From an uncultured Gemmatimonadaceae bacterium (GTDB lineage Bacteria > Gemmatimonadota > Gemmatimonadetes > Gemmatimonadales > Gemmatimonadaceae), in the NCBI GenBank assembly GCA_963829055.1, contig CAWHHI010000011.1, positions 288,001 through 352,000 on the forward strand: a stretch of DNA of 64,000 nucleotides, read 5' to 3'. Below, in pieces: positions 51,010-62,349 of this stretch. The first letter of the stretch is position 1. Each line of letters begins with the position of its first letter. Position numbers and translations under genes: made by a program. The notes below the pieces were generated by a model that was not told where the DNA came from, ran no database searches, and was given only the letters and a program-made list of their open reading frames with translations.

Positions 51010-52338
51010 TCACCCCGCGCCGGAGGCCCGCTCGAATGCACGCATCACGGCGGCGCGTGTCTCTTCGATGACGTCCGCGTCGTGCGCGGTCGACACGAAG
51101 GCGGCCTCGAACTGCGACGGGGCGAGGTACACGCCTTCCTCCAATAGCGCGTGGAAGAGCCGAGCGTATCGCGCTGTGTCGGCGCGGGATGCCGACGTGT
51201 AGTCGCTGACCGGATGCTCGGAGAGAAAGAATCCCCACATGCCGCCGAGCGCCGACGTCTGCACGACGATGCCGGCCCGCGTCGCCGCGTCGCGCACTGC
51301 CGCGGTCAGCGCTTCGCTCGCCCGATTCAGGTGGTCGTAGGCCCGGCTCTGTTTCAGCTCGCGGAGCGTCGCAATCCCTGCGGCCATCGCGAGCGGATTG
51401 CCTGAAAGCGTACCGGCCTGATACACGGTACCCGCGGGCGCGACGTGCGACATGAGCTCGCGGCTTCCTCCATATGCGGCTGCGGGCAGGCCTCCGCCGA
51501 TCACCTTGCCCAGGCACGTGAGATCCGGTCGCACATCGAACAGATTCTGCGCACCACCCCAGGCAACGCGAAAGCCGGTCATCACCTCGTCGAATACGAG
51601 CAGTGCGCCGGATTCCGTGGCGATGTCGCGGAGCGCCTGGAGGAATCCGGGCGCCGGCAACACCATCCCCATGTTCCCTGCGACCGGTTCGACGACGATG
51701 GCTGCGATCTTATCGGGGTAGCGCTCGACGAGATCACGTACGGCGTCGGCGCTATTGTACGGCGCCACGAGTGTGTCGGCCGTCGTCGACGCCGTGACGC
51801 CCGGGCTGTCCGGCAGGCCTAACGACGCGACGCCGGACCCCGCCTGCACGAGAAACGAATCGGCGTGCCCATGGTAGCAGCCAGCGAACTTGATGACCTT
51901 GGACCGGCCGGTCGCGGCGCGCGCGAGGCGGATCGCACTCATTGCCGCCTCCGTGCCTGACGAGACGAAGCGCACCATCTCGATCGACGGAATCGCGTCC
52001 ACGATCAGCGTCGCAAGCTCCAGCTCCAGTGCCGTCGGCGCGCCGTACGACGTGCCGACGACGGCCTGTCGCGTGATGGCCTCGACGACCGCCGGATGGG
52101 CGTGTCCGAGGATCAGCGCGCCCCACGACATCACGTAATCCGCGTACTCGTTGCCGTCGGCATCGACGATGAAAGCCCCGGCACCCGCGCGAATGAAGCG
52201 AGGCGATCCGCCCACGGCACGAAATGCGCGCACGGGGCTGCTCACACCGCCCGGCATAACGTGGCGCGCTTCGGCGAATAATCGCTCGGACACTTCGATG
52301 GAGCGCACGCCGGAGCGTAGCTCGGGTGCGATCGTCAC
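51010..52338 (-). CDS. hemL: glutamate-1-semialdehyde 2,1-aminomutase
   Basis: PGGVSSPVRAF, SGTEA, GCYHGH.D, FDEVMTGFR, GKVIGGGLP, YQAGTLSGNP. Confidence 0.97.
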   Translation of the reverse strand: MTIAPELRSGVRSIEVSERLFAEARHVMPGGVSSPVRAFRAVGGSPRFIRAGAGAFIVDADGNEYADYVMSWGALILGHAHPAVVEAITRQAVVGTSYGAPTALELELATLIVDAIPSIEMVRFVSSGTEAAMSAIRLARAATGRSKVIKFAGCYHGHADSFLVQAGSGVASLGLPDSPGVTASTTADTLVAPYNSADAVRDLVERYPDKIAAIVVEPVAGNMGMVLPAPGFLQALRDIATESGALLVFDEVMTGFRVAWGGAQNLFDVRPDLTCLGKVIGGGLPAAAYGGSRELMSHVAPAGTVYQAGTLSGNPLAMAAGIATLRELKQSRAYDHLNRASEALTAAVRDAATRAGIVVQTSALGGMWGFFLSEHPVSDYTSASRADTARYARLFHALLEEGVYLAPSQFEAAFVSTAHDADVIEETRAAVMRAFERASGAG

Positions 52339-53378
52339 TGGTCCTCCCGAAGCCAACGCGCGGCTGTCGTGGCGTAATAGGTCAGAATCAGGTCGGCGCC
52401 GGCTCGGCGAATGGCAACGAGAGACTCGAGTGCTGCGCGTCGCTCATCGATCCAGCCACGCTCGGCGGCGGCCTTCAGCATCGCGTACTCGCCACTCACC
52501 TGATACGCCGCGATGGGAACGTCGAGGCGTGCGCGTGCGTCTGCGATGATGTCCAGGTAGCACCCGGCGGGTTTCACCATGATCATGTCCGCGCCTTCGC
52601 GCACATCGATCAGCATCTCGCGCATGGCTTCGCGACGGTTGCGAGAGTCCATCTGGTACCCGCGTCGGTCGCCGAACGATGGCGCGGACGCGACCGCCTC
52701 GCGGAACGGACCGTAGAACGCCGATGCGTATTTCGCGGCGTACGACAGGATGCTGACGTCGTGGTGACCGGCGGCATCGAGCGCCTGACGGATCGCGGTC
52801 ACCTGACCATCCATCATCGCGCTCGGAGCAACGACGTTGGCGCCGGCGTCGGCGTACGTGACGGCGGCACTCGCGAGCCGTTCGAGCGTCGCATCGTTGG
52901 CCACGTCATCACCAGCAACGATTCCGCAGTGCCCGTGATCCGTGTACTCGCAGAGACACACGTCCGCCGCGATCACGAGATCGGGAACGGCGCGTCGCAT
53001 TGCAGCAATGGCTCGTGGTACTGGCCCGCGTGGATCTGACGCGCTGCTTCCGACGGCGTCCTTGGTAGCCGGGAGTCCGAACAGAATCACCGACCGAACG
53101 CCGCTCGTGCGGACCCCCTCCGCCACGCTGTCCGCGTGCGACACCGGCCAGCGATGCTGGCCCGGCAGTGCATCCAGCGGTTGTGGCTCGCCGTTCGCGT
53201 CGACGATGAACAGCGGCTGCATGAGTTGCGATGCGGAAAGCGCCGTCTCCGCCACCATCTCGCGAAGTCCGGCCGACGCCCGCAGTCGACGCGGCCGTAC
53301 CACTGGCCGAGTCGGTACCGCCGTTAGGCTGTCGAGGGCGCTATCGCGCGGGATCGGCGAAGTGGTCGGCGAGAACAT
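52335..53378 (-). CDS. hemB: porphobilinogen synthase (Zn-type)
   Basis: RPRRLR, DVCLCEYTDHGHCG, KYASAFYGPFREA, MVKP, YQVSGEY. Confidence 0.96.
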   Translation of the reverse strand: MFSPTTSPIPRDSALDSLTAVPTRPVVRPRRLRASAGLREMVAETALSASQLMQPLFIVDANGEPQPLDALPGQHRWPVSHADSVAEGVRTSGVRSVILFGLPATKDAVGSSASDPRGPVPRAIAAMRRAVPDLVIAADVCLCEYTDHGHCGIVAGDDVANDATLERLASAAVTYADAGANVVAPSAMMDGQVTAIRQALDAAGHHDVSILSYAAKYASAFYGPFREAVASAPSFGDRRGYQMDSRNRREAMREMLIDVREGADMIMVKPAGCYLDIIADARARLDVPIAAYQVSGEYAMLKAAAERGWIDERRAALESLVAIRRAGADLILTYYATTAARWLREDQ

Positions 53379-53421
53379 TGAGCAGCCCCTCGAGGTTGTG
53401 ATGGGTGGCCACGGCGGCGAC

Positions 53422-54494
53422 TCAGCCGCGCTCGTGACCACATGCCGCGCTGGGCCGGCCGAGTAGGCGAGCACCGCCCTCCGACAACAGGGATTCGGCC
53501 AGTGACCTGCCTAACGCCTCAGGGTTATCGACGGGGCCGGTGACCGACGCACGCACCGACGCGCCATCGATCGACCCAATGAATCCCTGCAACCGGATGT
53601 TGGGGCACACGCCCGCATGCACCTCGGCGTACGCCGCAACCGGCACGCTGCATCCGCCCCCGACCAGCGCGAGGAACGCGCGTTCCGCGATCACGGCCGT
53701 TTTCGTCGCCGCGTCGTTCAGCGACGCGATCATGAGCCAGGTGTCGGGATCCGCCGCGCGCGTTTCGAGCGCCAGCGCCCCCTGCCCGACTGACGGCAGC
53801 ATCTCTTCCGGCGAGAACACGTACGTCGCGCGATGCGACAGACCGAGTCGTGAGAGCCCCGCGGCGGCGAGCACGATCGCGTCGAACTCGCCGTCATCCA
53901 GCTTTCGCAGGCGCGTGTCTACGTTCCCGCGCATGCTCTCGAGCACGAGATCGGGGCGCAGCGCGCGGAGCTGTGCGATGCGCCGTGGGCTGCTCGTGCC
54001 GACGCGCGCGCCACGTGGTAACTCGTCGAGGCCGCCAAAGCGCGAGATCAGCACGTCATGCGGGTCGGCCCGGGGCGGGAAGACCGGCAATGCCATATCC
54101 GGCGGCAGGTCTGACGGCAGGTCCTTGGCGCTGTGCACCGCGAGGTCGATCCGCCGGTCGCGCAACGCCTGCTCGATCTCGGCCACGAACAACCCTTTCC
54201 CATCGATGGCCGCGAGAGGGCGATCGATAATGAGGTCGCCTTTGGTCGTGATCCGTTCCCGGGCGACCTGCACCCCCGGATTCGCGGCGATGATCGCCGC
54301 TTCGATGAGCGTCGTCTGCGCGAGCGCGAGCAGACTTCCTCGTGTGCCGATCGTCAGAGTGGCGGGCGTCGCGACGGGTCGCGGGGCTCCCGCGTCGGCG
54401 GTGCGGTTGGCGGCGGTAAGCGCAGTCCCCAGACGACCCTCCGGATAGCGAGCTCGGAGCTCTGGCCCTGTCGAGGATAGCCGTTTGGCGCCAT
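53422..54494 (-). CDS. hemC: porphobilinogen deaminase (start uncertain)
   Basis: IGTRGSLLALAQ, GKGLF..EIE, AVHSAKDLP, GTSSPRR, RGNVDTRL, GGCSVP. Confidence 0.94.
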
Positions 54495-54504
54495 CTCGAC
54501 GGTG

Positions 54505-54548
54505 AGTACTGTCGCCGCTACACCAGAATATGTCAAGCCTGATTGACA
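54505..54548. promoter_or_regulatory. PpsR boxes upstream of hemCBL
   Basis: Perfect TGTCAAGCCTGATTGACA (54531-54548), preceded 8 bp earlier by AGTACTGTCGCCGCTACA (54505-54522). Confidence 0.8.
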
Positions 54549-54591
54549 CTCTATTGCGGTATACTTCCGCCGGCTTCCCTCACACCATTCG

Positions 54592-55071
54592 ATGCCAACA
54601 CACTCCGCGGGCGATCGGCCGCGCAACGCTCGACACTCCGCGCGGAGCACCGACTCGCGACTGGATCTGCCGACCGGCAGACGGGTGCTCGCCATCGCGA
54701 GCCGCGTCCTCCGACTTCGCTGTCCGCACTGCGGCGGCGGTCACGTCCTCACGCGGCGCGTCGCCGTCCGAGACCGCTGCCTCGGGTGCGGCCTCCAATT
54801 TCGTCGCAGCGACGACAACTACTTCTCGGGCGCGATGTTCTTCGGCCTGTTGATCGGCGAGACCATCTTCGCGCTCAGCCTGCTCGGGACAATCGTCGTA
54901 TCGTGGCCCGACGTTCCGTGGGACGCCATCACGTACATCGCGCCGGTTGGCATGATCGTCGTGATGCTGCTGCTGATTCCCGTGTCGAAGGTCGTGTGGC
55001 TCGGCGTCGATCTGCTGGTGCGACCCGCGACGCCGGCAGAGTTGAGCTCCCCCGGCATCGCGGATCGTTAG
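54592..55071 (+). CDS. DUF983-like Zn-ribbon membrane protein
   Basis: LRCPHCGGG..RCLGCG followed by two TM helices and W.G.DL. Confidence 0.75.
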   Translation: MPTHSAGDRPRNARHSARSTDSRLDLPTGRRVLAIASRVLRLRCPHCGGGHVLTRRVAVRDRCLGCGLQFRRSDDNYFSGAMFFGLLIGETIFALSLLGTIVVSWPDVPWDAITYIAPVGMIVVMLLLIPVSKVVWLGVDLLVRPATPAELSSPGIADR

Positions 55072-55084
55072 GCCGAATCGCGGA

Positions 55085-57274
55085 TCACGGCGCCGTTCCG
55101 GGGTTGTACCGCTTCACCGTCTGCGCCTCGATGTCGGCGGGTGTGAACGCGACGCGCTTCATCTCGCCGCGCGCGAACATCTCCGCCTGATCGCTGTGGA
55201 ACGGCGAGTCCTCGCGCGAGCTTTCGCCGTAGGCGAGCACAGAATACGCGCGCGGAATCTCCTTCCCGAACTCGATCGCCAGAACCCATCCGTCGCCGCC
55301 GATGGCGGAGCGCTTCCCATCCGGATTCGTGGCGAAGTTGAGCACGCGGAAGCAGCCTAACGCGCCGCTGCATCCGCCCACCGGCACGTCGACCTTGCCC
55401 ATTCGCACGCGATGCACGTCGCCCCATGCGATGCCCGGGTCGCCGTACTGCTTCGTCGTCTCGGCAACCGCCTGAGCGAACGCGCGCGCCGCGCGCGCTG
55501 GATCCTTGAGTCCCCGCGGCGTCATGAACGGCTTCGCCGGTGTCCAGGGCTCAGCGTACAGGGAGTCGACAATTCCGCCCTGCGTGTAGAGACGCCACCA
55601 GTTCTCGAAGAGGACGGCGCCCTTACTCGTCGGGCCCGCGGCATTGTCCCACTTCGCCAGCATGTCGGCTGCGCTCGTCACCGATGCGTCTGGATTCGAT
55701 GCTCGCACCGCCGCGATGAGATCGGGCTTCACGCGATCGGCCAACAGCATCCGGTACGAGTGCTTGAGCGCGATCACGTCCTCGAGGCTGAGCTTCTGCT
55801 GCGGATCGATCAGCGTCAGGGCCATCTGCGTGCGCAGGCCGAGCCTGGGCTCCGGGAAGTTCGCCGGATACTTCGACCGGTCGAGCACCTGACGCAGATT
55901 CGTGTGATATGGCGGATCGTTCGAGTTCTGCACGTACCCGCCCTTGGGATTCAACAGCTGCGGCAGCGAATCGAAATCGACATAACGCGTCCATACGTCC
56001 GACGTCCGGCGCGCGGGAATGGCCGCGGTGTCGCCACCGCTCGGATGCGGCAGCGATGGGATCGACGCGTTCCAGACGTAGTAGATGTTCCCGGCACGAT
56101 CGGCGTAGGTGAAGTTCGAGTTGAAGCGCGAGCGAATCCGCATCGCATCCTTCCACTCCGCGAGCGACTTCGCCCGCATCATGTGCAGGAACTGCTCGCC
56201 GCCGCGGTAGTCCCCTTCGTCCGCGCCGCGGAACACGTAGATCTTGCCGCCGTCGCGCCAGATCACGGGGCCCAACGGTGTGCGCCACGTCTCCCGCGTT
56301 TCCGTCGAGAGCCCGTTGCCGTTCTTGTACGTGACGGTGGTGAGCTCGCGCTGGAGCGGCAACGACGTCCCGTCGAACAGGTAGTGGTCCGCGCGCGCCG
56401 GATCGACGTCGAGCGCGTAGATCTCGTCGAGATCCGGCGCGTTGTTCGTGGTCGACCAGCCGAGGTCCTTGTTGAATCCGCCGACCACGCCGAACGGTCC
56501 GCCGATCCGGAAGTCGCCGTAGAAGTCCATGACGCCGGGAACCGTGATATGGCCTTCGTAGTAGCCGGAGCTCCAGGCGAGGTGCGGATTCCGCAGCAGA
56601 ATGGCGCGGCCGGACTTCGTGCGGCTCGGCGCGAACGCCCACGCGTTCGACCCCTCTTCGATCGGATCGACGCCTTCGTTCGACGGCTCCGGGCTGGCCG
56701 CAGCCGGTCCAGCTCTGCGATTCGTGTTCGTCGCTGGCGCGACGCGAGCGAGGAATCGTCGCGCACTCGCCTGCGACGCCGACGTGACGTCACGCGCCGC
56801 CACGTCGTAGCCGGTGAAGCTCGGCGTGAACCCAGCTGGAAACTCCTGAGGGTGCAGCTCAATGTATCGATTTACCCCAGCCGCGAACCCCTCGTACACG
56901 TCGCGCGTCGGCTGCTCCAGGCGGGCGTAATTCTCCACCGCCAGCGCGTATTCGCGCTGAGCGCCGAAGTCGCCATCCATACTGTCGCGCCCGAACCAGC
57001 GGCCCATCTCGCCGCGCGCGCGCAGCAGCCCCATTGCCACACGTGCGCCGTAGTCCTCGAGCTGCACGTAGCCCAGCGCGTACGCCGCCGCCGCGAGATT
57101 CTCGGCCTTGATGTGGGGCACACCGTGCGTGGTGCGTCGAATCTCGACCTGTCGCGCGTAATCCGGCACCGCCGGTGTGGTCTGCGCGGCTGCACCCACG
57201 GCGGTGGTGAGCAGAAACGCGGCAGTAAAGGCTGAAACGAGCGGTGTGATGATGTGAGATCGCGTAGCGGTCAC
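55085..57274 (-). CDS. penicillin/AHL acylase family Ntn hydrolase, secreted
   Basis: Signal peptide, IRRTTHGVPHI, GSNAWA (catalytic Ser), NPHL.W. Confidence 0.9.
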   Translation of the reverse strand: MTATRSHIITPLVSAFTAAFLLTTAVGAAAQTTPAVPDYARQVEIRRTTHGVPHIKAENLAAAAYALGYVQLEDYGARVAMGLLRARGEMGRWFGRDSMDGDFGAQREYALAVENYARLEQPTRDVYEGFAAGVNRYIELHPQEFPAGFTPSFTGYDVAARDVTSASQASARRFLARVAPATNTNRRAGPAAASPEPSNEGVDPIEEGSNAWAFAPSRTKSGRAILLRNPHLAWSSGYYEGHITVPGVMDFYGDFRIGGPFGVVGGFNKDLGWSTTNNAPDLDEIYALDVDPARADHYLFDGTSLPLQRELTTVTYKNGNGLSTETRETWRTPLGPVIWRDGGKIYVFRGADEGDYRGGEQFLHMMRAKSLAEWKDAMRIRSRFNSNFTYADRAGNIYYVWNASIPSLPHPSGGDTAAIPARRTSDVWTRYVDFDSLPQLLNPKGGYVQNSNDPPYHTNLRQVLDRSKYPANFPEPRLGLRTQMALTLIDPQQKLSLEDVIALKHSYRMLLADRVKPDLIAAVRASNPDASVTSAADMLAKWDNAAGPTSKGAVLFENWWRLYTQGGIVDSLYAEPWTPAKPFMTPRGLKDPARAARAFAQAVAETTKQYGDPGIAWGDVHRVRMGKVDVPVGGCSGALGCFRVLNFATNPDGKRSAIGGDGWVLAIEFGKEIPRAYSVLAYGESSREDSPFHSDQAEMFARGEMKRVAFTPADIEAQTVKRYNPGTAP

Positions 57275-57536
57275 GAGCCAGTGGCTCCTTCGAGGCGAAA
57301 TGGGTACCGGGATAGCGCGGGGACGAGGCATTCGTCCGGACATTCTACGCGCGCTCGCTGGTGGATGCTGACATCCATGGCGCGACTCAGCGGTGTGTGA
57401 CGAAACGATCATGGTTCGGATATGGCGTCGAGCCGGCCGCCGTGTACTATTGCGGGTTGTTACAAAGCCGGTGTTTTCGCGTCGGCTCAGGGCGTCACCG
57501 CCCCTTCCAAGTACTCTCCTTTCGAGAGAGGTGTCA

Positions 57537-60500
57537 ATGAGGACGTGTCAAGTTGTCCGCACACTCGTACAAGCCGCGTTCCTAGGAACGCTCGCGTCCG
57601 GATTCGCGGTCGCGCAAACCCCACAAACGGGCACGATCACCGGCCGCGTCACGGACGCGGCGACTGGTCAGCCAGTGTCTGCCGCTCAGGTAGGCATCGT
57701 CGGTACGAACGCCGGCACGCAGGCCACCAGCGAGGGCGTATACACACTTCGCGGCGTGAACGCGGGGACGGTGCAGATTCGCGTGCTCCGAGTTGGCTAC
57801 GCCGAAGTAAAGCAGACCGTCACGGTCGCGGGTGGTCAAACCGTTACCGCCAACGTGCAGATGCGCGGCGTCGTCGCCACGTTAGCGCCGGTCGTCACGA
57901 CTGCCACCGGTGAACAGCGCCGAGTGGAAGTCGGTAACGCCATCGCGCAGGTGGACGCCGCCAAGCTCGTCGAGACGTCGCCCGTGTCGAACATGGGCGA
58001 TCTGCTCACGGCGCGCGCACCTGGCGTCATGGTCATTGGCGGAACACAGACGGGCGCGGGGACGCGCGTTCGTGTGCGCGGTACGAGCTCGCTGTCGCTC
58101 ACGAACAACCCGATCTACGTCATCGACGGCGTCAGGGTCGAGGGCACAACCGGATCGTCCACACTCGACGTTGGTGGATCGACGCCGTCTCGTGTCGGCG
58201 ATCTCAACCCGGAAGAGATCGAGAACATCGAGATCGTCCGTGGTCCCTCCGCCTCCACGCTGTATGGCACCGACGCCGCGAACGGCGTCATCGTGATCAC
58301 GACCAAGCGCGGCATCGCCGGCAAGACGCAGTGGACGTACTACACTGAACAGTCCGCGATCCAGGACCGGAACAACTATCCCGACCGCCTTCTGGGGCTG
58401 GCGCACCGGCACAACCTCCGCCACGACGTCCAGTCCGTCGAACACCGTCCAGTGCTTCCTGAGCCAGGTCTCCGCTGGCGTCTGCAAGCAGGACAGTGTG
58501 ACGACGTACAACCTCACGGACGACAAGGAGTCGACGCCGTTTGGCATTGGCTACCGGCAGCAGCATGGTCTGCAGCTTCGCGGCGGCACCGATTTCATTC
58601 GGTACTTCGCCCACGGCGAGTACGAGGACGAGGACGGCGTCTCGAAAGTGCCTGACTTCGAGGACCGCTACATGCCAGCGCACGCGCGCTCGCTGTCGCC
58701 GATCCAGCGCAGCCCGAACCATCTGACCAAGATGACGGCGCGGACGAACCTGAACATCACACTCGCGCGTAACGCCGACCTGGCGATCAACGCCGGCTAC
58801 ATCTCGCAGGATCTGCGGCTGAACGAGAGCGACGACTCCGGCACGCTCGGCATCGCGGCCAACACGTACGGCGGCCCCGGGTTCAAGTACAACACGACGG
58901 CCGCGGGCGACACGCTGTACGGATGGCGGCAGTTCACGCCACGCGACATCTACCAGCAGACGTCGAACCAGGGCATCGAGCGCCTCATCACGTCGGCGAA
59001 CGCGAACTGGCGGCCGGCTGAATGGCTGGCGGTGCGCGGGAACATGGGCCTCGACTACATCAACCGCACGGACACGCAGATCTGTCGCTTCCAGAACTGC
59101 CCGGACGTCAGCACGACTCGTCAGGGCTTCAAGATCGACAACCGCAGCAACTTCTTCATCTACACGCTGGACGCGGCCGCGACTGCGACGCGCCGACTCG
59201 GCGCGTCGGTCGAGTCGAAGACCACGGCCGGCATCCAGGCCTACCGCAATTACTTCGATCGCAACGGCGCGAGCGGCACCATCCTCGCTCCGGGTGCGAC
59301 CACGATCTCGGGCGCAGGCACGAAAGCCGCCGACGAATCCACGACCGAGAGCCGCACACTTGGCGGGTATCTCGAGGAGAATCTCGCTCTGCACGACCGC
59401 CTGTTCATCACGGGCGCGATTCGCTCCGACAAGAACAGCGCGTTCGGTGCCGACTTCAAGCGAGTCTACTATCCGAAAGCCGCTGTTTCGTGGGTCGTCT
59501 CGGACGAGTCATTCTTCCCGAAGGCGAACTTCCTCAATCAGCTTCGCCTGCGCACGGCGTACGGTGCCTCGGGCGTACAGCCCGGCACCACGGACGCCGC
59601 ACAGTTCTACACCTCCACGACGGGACGCGGCGAGAGCGGCGATTTCACTGGCGTCGTTTTCAGTTCGGTCGGCAACCGTGAGCTCAAGCCGGAACGGTCC
59701 ACGGAAGCGGAGTTCGGCATCGACGGTACGTTCTGGAACGGTCGCCTCTCGACCGAGCTCACGTACTACGCCAAGTCCTCGAAGGACGCGCTCGTACAGC
59801 GCATCCTCCCGCCATCGCTCGGCACTGGCGCCACGTCACGCTTCGAGAACCTCGGCGAAGTCACGAACAAGGGCATCGAAGCGCTCATCAACGCGCGCAT
59901 CATCCAGAGCAACCAGTTCGGCTGGGACGTCACGCTGAACGGGTCGTCGAACGCGAACAAGCTCGTCACGTTAGGCGGTGTACCCTCCATCGTCACGTCG
60001 TCCACGCTGCAGCAGCGCGAGGGCTACCCGCTCAACGGCTGGTGGTCGCGTAAGCTGCTCGGCTACGAGGACAAGAACGGTGACGGCATCATCACCAACA
60101 CGGGCTGCGCCGCGCTCCAGAAGGACAACACCGCGCAGTGCGAGATTTCTGTCTCGGACACGACGATGTTCCTCGGCTATTCGTCGCCGAGGGCCGAAGC
60201 CGCGATCACCAACGGCTTCGATCTGTTGAACCGCCGCCTCCGCGTGAGCGCGCTGATCGACTACAAGGGCGGTCACAAGAATGTACAACAACACGGAGCG
60301 CATTCGCTGCGCGAGCCGCTTCAACTGCTCGGGACTCATCAGCCCGGATGCGAGTGAGTTCCAGCAGGCCCGCACCGTGATGGTCCGTGAGCACGCGAGC
60401 AGGTCGGTCGGCGGCTTCATCGAGCCCGGCGACTTCGTCCGCTTCCGCGAGCTGTCGGTCTCGTACACCGCACCGGAGTCGTTCGCCTCGCGCTACATCC

Positions 60501-60670
60501 GCGCGCGCAGCCTGGTTGTCTCGGGAGCGGTTCGCAACATCGGCACAGTCTGGACGAAGTACACTGGCGTTGACCCGGAAGCGTTCGGCACGACCGGTGA
60601 CGCCCCGTCGGAGTTCCAGGCCTTCGCGCCGCCGACGTACTTCTCCTTCCGTCTCAACCTTGGCTTCTGA
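57537..60670 (+). CDS. SusC/RagA TonB-dependent receptor (frameshifts near 58385 and 60280)
   Basis: GTITGRVTD, plug DLNPEEIENIEIVRGPSASTLYGTDAANGVIVITTK, LKPERS.E.E.G, C-terminal Phe. Confidence 0.92.
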
Positions 60671-60673
60671 GGA

Positions 60674-62086
60674 ATGGACCTCCGAATGAACACATATACC
60701 ACCTTCGTCTCGGGCTGGACCCGACGCACGAGCGCGTTCATCGCGCTCGCTGCGCTGTCTCTAGTCGGGTGCAAGTCGCCGGACGAATTTCTCTCGGTCA
60801 CCGACCCTGACATCATCAACCCCGCCGACGTGCAGTCCGCCGCTGGCGCGGACGCCGTGCGGCTGGGCGCTCTCGCCCGACTGAATAGCTCGACCAGCGG
60901 ACCGGTGACGTCGACCGGCGGCGAAAGCTTGTTCCTGCTCGGCGGCCTGTTCTCCGACGAGTACAACAACGGCGACTCGTTCATCGCGCGTCAGGAGGTC
61001 GATCAGCGCATCATCACGATCCAGAACAACTTCCTCACCGACGCGAATCGCGCGATGCATCGGGCGCGCCTGGCCGCGCAGCAGGCCATCGGACTCGAGA
61101 AGCAGTACAACCCCACGGCGCCCGCGGCGAACATCGCCGAGATGTACTTCGTTCAGGCGTACATCGAGACGATGATGGCCGAGCACTACTGCAATGGCCT
61201 GATCTTCAGCACGGTCGTCGACGGCGTCGAGAAGTACGGTCAGCCGATCACGACGCAGGAGGCGTTCGCAATCGCGCTCGCACACGCCGATTCTGGTCTC
61301 GCGCTCATCACCGGCACGACGGCGCAGGACGTCAAGATCAAAGGCGTGCTGCAGGTGACGAAGGGTCGTATCCTGATGAACCTCAACCGCTATGCGGACG
61401 CTGCCACAGCTGTCGCGGGGGTTGCGACGTCGCTGCAGTATCAGGAGCTCCACACGGCGACCACGAGCCAGCAGAATCAGATGTGGTCGTTCAACGTGAG
61501 CAACCGACGCTACAGCGTGAGCACGGGCGAGGGCACGAACGGTCTCAACTTCGCCACGGCTAACGATCCGCGACTGCCGGTTTGCCTCGGCGGCGATGCG
61601 GCATGCCGGGCGATCGGCGTGACGCTCGCGACTCGCGACGACCTAACGAGTCCGATCTACGTCCAGCGGCTGTGGACGACGAACGCGAGTCCGGTGACGA
61701 TCGTGAGTGGTATCGAGGCACGCATGATCGAAGCGGAAGCACAGCTCAAGGCGGGACAGCCCGCGGCGGCGCTCGCGACGCTCAACGCGGCTCGCGCGAC
61801 GGTGACGGGACTCACCCCACTCACCGATCCCGGAACCGACGCCGCTCGCGTCGACCAGATCTTCCGTGAGCGGGCGTTCTGGATGTTCTCCACCGGTCAC
61901 CGCACCGGTGACCTGCGGCGCCTCATCCGCCAGTACGGCCGTGCCGCGAACTCGGTCTTCCCGACGGGTGGCTGGCACAAGGGCGGGAACTACGGTGGCG
62001 ACGTCACGCTTCCGGTCCCGCAGGCGGAGCAGAACAACCCGAACCTGCCGTCGTCGGCAACGACCTGTATCGATCGGGTCGCCTAA
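60674..62086 (+). CDS. SusD/RagB lipoprotein
   Basis: Lipobox LSLVGC, EARMIEAEA..LN..R, ERAFW.F..GHR.GDLRR, E.NNPN; follows SusC. Confidence 0.88.
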   Translation: MDLRMNTYTTFVSGWTRRTSAFIALAALSLVGCKSPDEFLSVTDPDIINPADVQSAAGADAVRLGALARLNSSTSGPVTSTGGESLFLLGGLFSDEYNNGDSFIARQEVDQRIITIQNNFLTDANRAMHRARLAAQQAIGLEKQYNPTAPAANIAEMYFVQAYIETMMAEHYCNGLIFSTVVDGVEKYGQPITTQEAFAIALAHADSGLALITGTTAQDVKIKGVLQVTKGRILMNLNRYADAATAVAGVATSLQYQELHTATTSQQNQMWSFNVSNRRYSVSTGEGTNGLNFATANDPRLPVCLGGDAACRAIGVTLATRDDLTSPIYVQRLWTTNASPVTIVSGIEARMIEAEAQLKAGQPAAALATLNAARATVTGLTPLTDPGTDAARVDQIFRERAFWMFSTGHRTGDLRRLIRQYGRAANSVFPTGGWHKGGNYGGDVTLPVPQAEQNNPNLPSSATTCIDRVA

Positions 62087-62107
62087 CGTTCTGGTCGGTA
62101 AGGCTGC

Positions 62108-62150
62108 ATGCAAAACCGCCGGCGACACGAAGTCGCCGGCGGTTTTGCAT
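62108..62150. terminator. bidirectional intrinsic terminator
   Basis: 19-bp perfect stem ATGCAAAACCGCCGGCGAC-ACGAA-GTCGCCGGCGGTTTTGCAT between convergent genes. Confidence 0.85.
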
Positions 62151-62154
62151 TGGT

Positions 62155-62308
62155 GTCATCCCGAGCGCCAGCGTAATGTCATCCCGAGCGCCAGCGAGGG
62201 ATCTTCTGTGAAGTCACTCGTAGCCAGACCGGCTACGATGACGTCAGCGAGTCCCGAACTGCGGCGCTGCGCTCCTGAGCGCAGGCTCTGACGCTGCTCG
62301 GGATGACA
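62155..62308. repeat. REP/MITE-like element (TGTCATCCCGAGCGCCAGCG x2 ... GCTCGGGATGACA)
   Basis: Tandem direct copies plus a terminal inverted copy; intergenic. Confidence 0.7.
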
Positions 62309-62349
62309 CGCGAGCTGCCCTTCTCTGTTCCCGGTTCCCCGTTCCCGCC

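Noticed and set aside
55412..57235. Long antisense ORFs (607 aa here; also 11818-13341, 28749-29780, 44974-46119)
   Set aside because: Typical high-GC shadow frames opposite well-supported genes
62155..62200. Tandem 20-bp repeats as a CRISPR array
   Set aside because: Only two adjacent copies, no spacers and no cas genes; the palindromic REP-like family explains them
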